64,000 nucleotides of DNA from Thermoplasmatota archaeon. Lineage in GTDB: Archaea > Thermoplasmatota > Penumbrarchaeia > Penumbrarchaeales > Penumbrarchaeaceae. The stretch is taken from NCBI GenBank assembly GCA_046483845.1, contig JAWOCK010000113.1:25494-89493 (forward strand). Reading direction: 5' to 3'. This document shows, one piece after another, positions 38,802 through 46,375 of this stretch. The position numbers and the translations under genes were made by a program. Below the pieces are notes generated by a model, which saw only the letters and a list, made by a program, of their open reading frames with translations, did not search any database and was not told the origin of the DNA. Numbering within the stretch: position 1 is the first letter of the stretch; each line of letters begins with the position of its first letter.

Positions 38802-39090
38802 ATAATTATTTTACCATCAAGCCAGGGCGGTCGAACTTGTTCCTGGATGTTTAAGAAGAGATTATCTTAAAAACTTAACATCCAGGCCAGATAAGAACGG
38901 AGTTCTTATTAAGGCGAATCCGCCCTGCGGCGCCATGTTTCTAATTTTCTTCTCATTAAATGAAATATATGGCCCGGAGGGTGGATTCGAACTTGTTCCT
39001 TGATGGAAAGTACACAATATCCAAAGCTTTTCATCAAGGCCAGCAAAATCTTGAAAAGATTTTGCGAGGCGAATCCGCCCTGCGGCGCCA
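38802..39090 (+). repeat. Two extra exact 21-nt copies of the tRNA-Asn 3' end (38915-38935, 39070-39090) with structured spacers
   Basis: CGAATCCGCCCTGCGGCGCCA is identical to 38781-38801; periods are 134 and 155 nt. Confidence 0.95.
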
Positions 39091-39152
39091 TGCTTCCGAT
39101 TATCAGCTACCGGATCCGATCATCCTATCTTGAGGATGCCGGGTCCCGGACA

Positions 39153-39809
39153 TCATGATACGGCTTTCTTTATCAGCTCGACTATCATCTTCTCAGGGGC
39201 CGCGCCCTCCTGATGGTGCTCATCGTTGACGACGGTCCTCGGGACCCCCATCACCCTGTACTTCTGCGCCATCTCGGGGAACTCGGATGCCTCTATCATG
39301 TCGGAGGTGACCTTGTCCGATACCATTGCCATATGATGTGCCAGTACCACCGAGCGTGGACAGTAAGGACACGTAGGTGTCACAAAGACCTGAATGTGCA
39401 CATCCTTCTCGAGACCCTTAAGGAATTCCTTGCCCTCATCGGACAGTCCGTCCTCCCCGGAAGATACGGAAAGGATAGAATCCAGAAGTGAGGTGAACTC
39501 GTATCCTGCGGGAATACCGAAGAACCTTACCCCCGTGTACTTGTGGTCGTCCTTGGTCCCCTTCATGATCAGGACCGCCGGAGCCTTGTCTACCCCATAC
39601 TTCTGTGATACCTCGTCCATCTTCTCCAGGTCCACCTCCTCGAAGGTAAGCTTGTCGGTCAATTCGGATATCTCATTCACGATCGCAAGGGTCTCGTTGC
39701 AGGAGAGACATCCCTTCTCGGACGTGAACACGAGTACATGCACCGGGTCCGTCATCGCTCCTACTGCCACTTTCACCTGTTCTCTGGTCTCATTGTTCAT
39801 TAGCTCCAT
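39153..39809 (-). CDS. Protein disulfide oxidoreductase (two thioredoxin folds)
   Basis: CLSC and CPYC sites, FFGIPAGYEFTSL, MGVPRTVVN; RBS AGGTGA at 39815-39820. Confidence 0.92.
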   Translation of the reverse strand: MELMNNETREQVKVAVGAMTDPVHVLVFTSEKGCLSCNETLAIVNEISELTDKLTFEEVDLEKMDEVSQKYGVDKAPAVLIMKGTKDDHKYTGVRFFGIPAGYEFTSLLDSILSVSSGEDGLSDEGKEFLKGLEKDVHIQVFVTPTCPYCPRSVVLAHHMAMVSDKVTSDMIEASEFPEMAQKYRVMGVPRTVVNDEHHQEGAAPEKMIVELIKKAVS

Positions 39810-39869
39810 TGAAGTCACCTTATCCAACAGAGCTTATACGTTCACCTTTTTAACGTTTGTGCATAATAC

Positions 39870-40361
39870 TTACATTTCCGCTTCCTGGTCCTCTTCCCTG
39901 GTCCAGATATCATCGGGAAGTTCATCGTAGAGCTCTTCCTCATCTATACATCCCGGGCCCCTGTGGACATTGCACGCCGATTCTACATCAATACCATCCG
40001 TAAGGTCTGCAATGAACTGTTTTTTCAATGTCCAGTAATTGATGCGCCATTCCCTTCCGTCGTAGAGTGTGGTCTCTTCCCGCTCGGTCTTTAGTATGCC
40101 CAGGTCCTCAAGCATGTAGAAAATGTCCCTGTCATCGGTCTTCAACATATTATCTATTATCCGCTCCCCGTAGCCAAAGAAGTTCAGCACATGCTCTGCC
40201 ATCTCCTCTGCCACGTTGTTCTCGATGGAGCCCTCGTCGTTCTTCCTGAGGAACGAGCGCTGGATGGCGGCCGCCAGTACATATCGGGAGATCACATCCT
40301 CCCGGGCGCCGGGAAATCTCAATCTCCCTTTACCTCCAACGGCATCTTCTATTATCACCAT
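39870..40361 (-). CDS. DUF6015-like protein (typical of Thermoplasmatota)
   Basis: VLNFFGY.ERIIDN.L..DDRDIFYMLED.GIL..EREETTLYDGREWRI.YW. Confidence 0.75.
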   Translation of the reverse strand: MVIIEDAVGGKGRLRFPGAREDVISRYVLAAAIQRSFLRKNDEGSIENNVAEEMAEHVLNFFGYGERIIDNMLKTDDRDIFYMLEDLGILKTEREETTLYDGREWRINYWTLKKQFIADLTDGIDVESACNVHRGPGCIDEEELYDELPDDIWTREEDQEAEM

Positions 40362-40519
40362 ATGGATTCTTTTCCTTGTCGATGTAGATTGGTTACTGTA
40401 CTATATCGCATTAGGACTAATTTAAATCTACCCCACACACAACATGTAGAAATGGTCCACCGTTAGCCGTGTAAAGTTTAAATGCGGTTATGAGGTTACC
40501 CACGGGAGGTTGGGTGCCT

Positions 40520-41716
40520 ATGGCGGTCACTGTCTTAAGCGAGGGTCGGGTCAGGATCATTGTTATCACTGTCTCTCTTCTGGGAATGGCAGCTCTTCTG
40601 GTGGTCGGTTCCCTCTCCGATGTGCCCAGGATCGATATAGGCGAAGCGGAGGACTACAACGGTGAACGGGTCTCAGTAAAAGGGCAGGTAGTAGGTATCG
40701 ACCCCATGGAAGGGGGCGCCATGTCGATGCTCATCTACGACCTTGGAGAAATGCTGAAAGCATACGTGGAGGATGAACTCGATGTCGAACTGATAGGAGA
40801 CGTGGTCCTTGTCACCGGGGAGGTGTTCGTCAGCGGAGGGGAGCCGACGATCACCGTTCAGTCCTCGGATTCCATACAGGTGGAAGAGAGCAGGGAAAGC
40901 TCCATTATCTCAAAGGACCCACGTCCGGGAGACTTCGTCTGGACAAGGGGGGTCGTCATCAGCTCGAGCTATGCTGGGTCAAAGATGGACATACTCAGAA
41001 TATCTCCGATAAAAGAGAGAGGAAGTGACGGTCGGCCCCTGGAAATACGGGCGATGGACTGCGACAGGGACACGAGGACAGGGGATGTGGTGAACATAAC
41101 GGGTCTTGTTTCGGATGATGGTAGCATACTATGCTTCGGGGACCCCTCGATATTCGTTCTGTCGAGGGGGGTCCCGACATCGCTGAGCCTGAATACCCTA
41201 CTGAGCGAGATGGAGGAGGGTTCGGTCCCTGCCGTTCTGGACCCGGTGAACGTGCAGGGCTACCTGAAATATGAACCCACGAACTGGTCCTTCTACATCT
41301 CAGATGTGCCAGAAGGATCCTCCGTATCGGTGAAGGTCTCCGTGACCTCAGAGGGCCTGCACAAAGGGGACCTCGTATCCCTGACGAACTGCTCATTGAT
41401 CTGGGAGGGCAAAGCCATGCGCTTCCACCTGAAACCCGAAGGTGTAAAGCTGCTTAGGAGCTATGGAAAATGGACCATAGGATTGGGAGATCTGCCCTAC
41501 GGCCTATCAGAATTCGAGGATGTGTTGGTGTCCATCAACGGTCATATAGAGAGTATCAACGGTACAAGGTACATCACTGATGATACCGGTTATCTGGAGC
41601 TCAGGGGTTTCGAAGATGAAATAGCATCGACCCCCCTGAACCTGGTGGGTCGGGTGAGGTACGACAGGAGCTGGAACAGTTATTACCTCGAGGAAAGAGA
41701 AGAGGTGGTGGATTGA
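40520..41716 (+). CDS. Membrane-anchored protein with tandem OB-fold-like domains
   Basis: N-terminal TM; repeated V.V.G.V...GD.V.V.G patterns; coupled to the next gene. Confidence 0.6.
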   Translation: MAVTVLSEGRVRIIVITVSLLGMAALLVVGSLSDVPRIDIGEAEDYNGERVSVKGQVVGIDPMEGGAMSMLIYDLGEMLKAYVEDELDVELIGDVVLVTGEVFVSGGEPTITVQSSDSIQVEESRESSIISKDPRPGDFVWTRGVVISSSYAGSKMDILRISPIKERGSDGRPLEIRAMDCDRDTRTGDVVNITGLVSDDGSILCFGDPSIFVLSRGVPTSLSLNTLLSEMEEGSVPAVLDPVNVQGYLKYEPTNWSFYISDVPEGSSVSVKVSVTSEGLHKGDLVSLTNCSLIWEGKAMRFHLKPEGVKLLRSYGKWTIGLGDLPYGLSEFEDVLVSINGHIESINGTRYITDDTGYLELRGFEDEIASTPLNLVGRVRYDRSWNSYYLEEREEVVD

Positions 41717-43071
41717 TAGATATCCTTCTGCTTCTGGTCTGCGCCTCCCTGATAGGGACCGGTCTGGGTGTCATCACCGGTCTCATACCGGGACTTCATG
41801 TCAATAACGTGGCCATAGTAATGCTCTCCCTGAGCCCTCTGGCGGCATCACTTCTGAGCGACATACTGGGTATGTCCTCACTGCTGACCTTCCTGCTGGT
41901 TGCATCTTCCATTGTGGCAACATCCATGGCACATACGTTCCTGGACTTCATACCATCCACTTTCCTAGGTGCCCCGGAAGCTGAAACCGCACTGTCAGTT
42001 CTTCCCGCCCACGGCATGCTCCTGGAAGGTCAGGGGTACAAAGCGATCTTCTACTCGGCCTTCGGCTCGTTCGGAGCGGTCATAGCTGGATGCATTCTGC
42101 TTCTACCTTACAAGCTGGTTGTGAACGAGCCCCTGAACGGATACGAGCTTCTGAAGGAAGTGATCGGTTTCGTTCTGGTGGGTGTGGTGGTTCTGATGCT
42201 GGTCACCGAAACGAAGAAGGTCCGCTACATACCGATCAGGGAAAAGAGAGGCAGTATAGGATGGAGCGAGGGTGCGTTTTCAAGAACGCTCGGTGTTCTC
42301 TCTGCTTTCGTTCTGTTCCTGGTGGCCGGCATACTTGGCCTTATCATACTTGACCTGCCTGTCAGTTCCCCTTTCGGGCTTCCTTCCACCGTCCTGTTCC
42401 CGGCACTGTCCGGTCTATTCGGGACATCGACACTGCTCGAATCGCTGAGAGGCGGGGCCACGGTTCCTAAACAGAGCATAGATACCCCCGAGATAGATCT
42501 GAAGGATGCGGCATCCTCGATCACAACAGGAGGGATAGCAGGGTCAGTGGTCGGTTTCCTGCCGGGAATGAGCGGTGGGGTGGCAACCGTGATAGCCATG
42601 ATATTTCGGAAGGACCCCAAACCAAGCTCGGTAATAATGACACTTTCCGCAATAAACACCGCCAATTCCTTTTTCGTGCTGGCGGCGTTGTTCTTGATCC
42701 TCAGACCGAGGTCAGGTGCCGCTATAGTAGTGGATGAACTGATAGTGGTCAATGCCTGGAACTCGGCACTGCCTCCAATGGAGCTGACCCTTCTGATGCT
42801 GTCCGCTCTCATCGCATCATCCCTGGGCTTCTTCCTGACACTTCTTCTGGGAAGGAAACTCGCCAACATACTTCCCAGGCTGCCCTACAGCAAACTTGCA
42901 ATGGGGATAATATTTCTGATAACGGTGATGGTATTCCTCTTCACCGGTCCAACGGGCATCCTGGTGCTCGTCGTATCGACATCCATCGGCATGATCGCAC
43001 CGCTCACTGGTCTGAGAAGATCGCATGCAATGGGCGTATTGCTGCTCCCCGTGCTCATGATGATCTGGTGA
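41713..43071 (+). CDS. TctA-like (DUF112) tripartite tricarboxylate transporter permease
   Basis: TGLIPGLHVN, HTFLDFIPSTFLGAP, LSVLPAH, GFLPG, RRSHAMG. Confidence 0.88.
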   Translation: MIDILLLLVCASLIGTGLGVITGLIPGLHVNNVAIVMLSLSPLAASLLSDILGMSSLLTFLLVASSIVATSMAHTFLDFIPSTFLGAPEAETALSVLPAHGMLLEGQGYKAIFYSAFGSFGAVIAGCILLLPYKLVVNEPLNGYELLKEVIGFVLVGVVVLMLVTETKKVRYIPIREKRGSIGWSEGAFSRTLGVLSAFVLFLVAGILGLIILDLPVSSPFGLPSTVLFPALSGLFGTSTLLESLRGGATVPKQSIDTPEIDLKDAASSITTGGIAGSVVGFLPGMSGGVATVIAMIFRKDPKPSSVIMTLSAINTANSFFVLAALFLILRPRSGAAIVVDELIVVNAWNSALPPMELTLLMLSALIASSLGFFLTLLLGRKLANILPRLPYSKLAMGIIFLITVMVFLFTGPTGILVLVVSTSIGMIAPLTGLRRSHAMGVLLLPVLMMIW

Positions 43072-43149
43072 GGTCCTCCATTATCCTCCTGGCGTGGCCC
43101 CCCTCCAATATCTCATTCGGAGGTGACCTTAGTACCGGAATGGAACAAT

Positions 43150-46100
43150 TCATCCGGTCATATCGGCGTAACATTCCTTTGCATGGTTCAGGGCATCGAT
43201 GTATTTTCTATCCATGACCATCTTCTGGACCTTTGCGATATTCCTCTTGTAAGGTTCGGTATCGATGCCTTTGGAATTTAGCCGGGTTATCTCCGTCTTT
43301 ATCTTGGGGATCAGGATGAAGAGCTCGCTCCTTGCCTTCTCGGGGGTTATTTCGCTCCCTGCCTTCTCAATGGTATGCTCATCCTCTTCATCTTTCTTCA
43401 CGAGGGTGTCCCGCCCCCTCTCCCTGACCTCTATTGAAAGTGGTCTGGGTTCGTCCTCCTTCTCCGCGATGGTATCCACCATCTCCTTCTTCAGCTGCTC
43501 CGGTCTACGGGTGAGCAGTTTGCTTATTCTCGATTCGAGTTCACTGATCCTTTCCTTTGCTTCGTCCAGCTTCTTGTCATCTATAAGGCCCCTGATATCG
43601 GACACATCCTCATCCATATCGCCGATGTCCACCCCGTTCTTCACCAGTCTCGACAATCTCCCTTCCTGGGCCAGAAGACGCCCTCTGAGCTGGTCCAGCC
43701 TTGATCTGATCTGACGCCTGGTCTTCAACTCGGCGTCGATCTCCTCGAGCTTTGCATCCACCAGTTCAAGGGCTTTCTCGACGTCGCCCGCATCCAGCAG
43801 AACCTTCGCCTTTGCCGATGAAGCCTTGAAGGATGATACATTGATCCTGAGGGGTCTGGCCTCCTTTATCCGCTTGCCCAGTGCCTCCAGGTTCACATGG
43901 GCCTTCTTTTGCATCAGCTTCTTGGATATCTTGTCCCTGAACCCGGTAAGGAGGTCCATGGCCTCCCTGTATCTTTCCTCGTCCGCCAATCCATAGGCCT
44001 GATCCATGATGTCCTTCGTGTCGCCCGGGTCTATGTCAAAACTGTTGCATTCGTTGACGATATCGCGTATCTCCTTCTCTATGAAGGAGAATGTACGCTT
44101 TGTCATCATATCCTCGATCTCCACCTGTACCTCAACGAGTAGATCCAGTGCTCCGGAATAGTCCCCCTGCCCTCTGAGGTCCTCAGCCCGGGAGAGCTTT
44201 TGCTTTGGGTCGGTCACATCCACAAGAAGACCTTCTGCCTCCGTTATGGTCTCTTTTATCTTGTTGAACTTGTCCTCAAGGACATCTTTCAATTTCAGCT
44301 GAAAGATGAGGGTCTCCAGCTCATCCGCTTCCATGATGGCCTCTTCGAACCGCCTGTCCATATAAAGTGATTTTAGCTTATCAAGTCTGTTTTCCAGTCC
44401 GTTCACATCCTCTCCCTTCTCTCTGAGTTCATTGAGTGAGTTGATGATCCTTATGAGTATCTTCTGATATTTCAATTTCATTTCCTCGACCCTCAGGTAG
44501 GAGAGCTTTGCTTCGATCTCCTTCATGTGCTCTGCAACAACCTGGGGATCATCACTGTCCAGTGCGTTCCAGGCCTCCGTGAGGGGGTCGTTCAGAGGAG
44601 TGACGTCAAGTCCCGCTTTCTTGTATTCCTCCACCTTCGCCTCATACCTTTTCAATTTCTCCCTGGTCTCTTCCCTGTCCTTCTTCCTGCGGAGGTTCTC
44701 GAATGCGGCAGAGGCCCTCTCCATCAGTTCCGAGGCTTCTTCCACAGTACCTTCCTGCAGTTTGATGTCCGCCTTCTCTATTATCCTTAGAACGGGACCC
44801 GTGTCCATGATGGATGAATATTTGGATGCGATCTCCCTTTGTTCCCTGATCCTTCTTTCAAGTTCCTCCACTCGTTTCTCATCGAGCTCTGCTACCAGGG
44901 TCGTTGCATGGTCAAGAAGGTCTCCCACCATCTCCAGAGAGCGATCGATGTCCGACCGGGATGCTTCCAGGACCTTCTGTTTCTGGCTGAGAAACTCTCG
45001 ATAATCTCCACTATCTTCCCCTCTGGTCTCCATAACCCTCTCAAGCATCGGCTCTATGGAGACAAGAATGGACTCCAGCTTCTTGGTCTTCATGGCTTTC
45101 TCGTGGTCGTCCATCATCTTCTCCATCTCATCAAGGGTCCCGGAGGCCATGATGAACTCCCCTTTTTCGACAGCTTCTCTCGCTATCTTAAGGTTATTCT
45201 GATAAGGTTCAATGTAGACCTCTTCTTCCATATCGGACAGCCTGACACCCAGTTCCTTCATCCGCTTCTCGAGGGACGCCTTTGCTTCATGCTTCAGCTC
45301 TTCGAAACCGGACCTCAGTTCCTCTTCTATTCGAGAAAGGTTCGAGATCCTCTCTTTCAAGGACGGGAGGTCGGCCTCTTCCGATCCGGACAGTTGTTGG
45401 TCGACCTTGGCCGGTACATCTCCTATCTCCTCCCCTTTATCGAAAGCAACGTGGACATCTATCATCATCTGTATCGATTCAGACAGCGTGTCGATAAGAC
45501 TCCTCCGAAGATCGAGGAGATATTCCTCTGCCCAGTTTTTGACCAAAGGAAAGTACTCATCGAAGGTTGCTGCATCCCTCTCCGAGAAGGACCTCTCGAG
45601 TACATCCATGTGGGATGATATTCCCGAGATATCTCCCTCCAGATCCCGGATCTCATCAAGATATGAACTGATCATCTTCAGATCGGAGGATCTCTTCTCC
45701 TCGTCGAACCCCGGCTCGGAGTCCTCCTTTTCGGTGCCCTTACCCTGCTCCTCGTCGCTCGGAACACTTTCCTCAGGATATACCTCACCCTCTTCTGAGG
45801 AAGGCTCCGCACTGCTTTTCTTTGCAGCGGATGTCTCATCGGTTCCCTGTTCCGATCCCTTCCGATCTTTTTGCACCTCTGCGGTTATTTCCTCTTCAGA
45901 CCGCTCCCTATCCTGATCGGTGTCGGCCACGGGCCCCTCTTCCTCTCTCTTTTCCTTATGAACACCCTTCTCCCCTTCCTCTGCGGATTCCTGCTTCTTC
46001 TCCCTCTTTCCTTCCTTCTTCAATACGATCTTCTTTCTGATCTTCTTCTTGGAGAGCTTCTCCTCCATCTTGTCCAGATACAGCTCCAGCTTATCAATGC

Positions 46101-46260
46101 CTGACCTTATCTTATCCTCAGGGGCTTCATCGACCTTCCTATCGAGATCATCGATGATCGATCGGACCTTGGAAAGGTCAAGGCCGCCATCCTCCAGGGA
46201 TCTGACCCTCTCCCGGCCTTTGCTCAATCTATCCTTGATCGATCCTATTTCAGAGCCCAT
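43150..46260 (-). CDS. Large helical/coiled-coil protein of unknown function
   Basis: 1036-aa Glu/Lys/Leu-rich ORF with recurring G.DV...L..A...L..GD motifs; no ATPase or TM motif seen. Confidence 0.75.
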   Translation of the reverse strand: MGSEIGSIKDRLSKGRERVRSLEDGGLDLSKVRSIIDDLDRKVDEAPEDKIRSGIDKLELYLDKMEEKLSKKKIRKKIVLKKEGKREKKQESAEEGEKGVHKEKREEEGPVADTDQDRERSEEEITAEVQKDRKGSEQGTDETSAAKKSSAEPSSEEGEVYPEESVPSDEEQGKGTEKEDSEPGFDEEKRSSDLKMISSYLDEIRDLEGDISGISSHMDVLERSFSERDAATFDEYFPLVKNWAEEYLLDLRRSLIDTLSESIQMMIDVHVAFDKGEEIGDVPAKVDQQLSGSEEADLPSLKERISNLSRIEEELRSGFEELKHEAKASLEKRMKELGVRLSDMEEEVYIEPYQNNLKIAREAVEKGEFIMASGTLDEMEKMMDDHEKAMKTKKLESILVSIEPMLERVMETRGEDSGDYREFLSQKQKVLEASRSDIDRSLEMVGDLLDHATTLVAELDEKRVEELERRIREQREIASKYSSIMDTGPVLRIIEKADIKLQEGTVEEASELMERASAAFENLRRKKDREETREKLKRYEAKVEEYKKAGLDVTPLNDPLTEAWNALDSDDPQVVAEHMKEIEAKLSYLRVEEMKLKYQKILIRIINSLNELREKGEDVNGLENRLDKLKSLYMDRRFEEAIMEADELETLIFQLKLKDVLEDKFNKIKETITEAEGLLVDVTDPKQKLSRAEDLRGQGDYSGALDLLVEVQVEIEDMMTKRTFSFIEKEIRDIVNECNSFDIDPGDTKDIMDQAYGLADEERYREAMDLLTGFRDKISKKLMQKKAHVNLEALGKRIKEARPLRINVSSFKASSAKAKVLLDAGDVEKALELVDAKLEEIDAELKTRRQIRSRLDQLRGRLLAQEGRLSRLVKNGVDIGDMDEDVSDIRGLIDDKKLDEAKERISELESRISKLLTRRPEQLKKEMVDTIAEKEDEPRPLSIEVRERGRDTLVKKDEEDEHTIEKAGSEITPEKARSELFILIPKIKTEITRLNSKGIDTEPYKRNIAKVQKMVMDRKYIDALNHAKECYADMTG

Positions 46261-46375
46261 TTATTTTACACCTCGACAAGCTTTCAGAATGATTTCCAAT
46301 TATCTTCTCTGCCTTCCGAAATATGGCTCACTGGTATATAAAATATCGATTACACCTTCACATATGGATATGGCC

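Noticed and set aside
38781-39090. CRISPR array (three identical 21-nt repeats)
   Set aside because: The repeats are the tRNA 3' end, the spacers are 113-134 nt and related to each other, and there are no cas genes in the window
43150-46260. SMC/Rad50 call for the coiled-coil protein
   Set aside because: No Walker A/B, signature or hinge/hook motif
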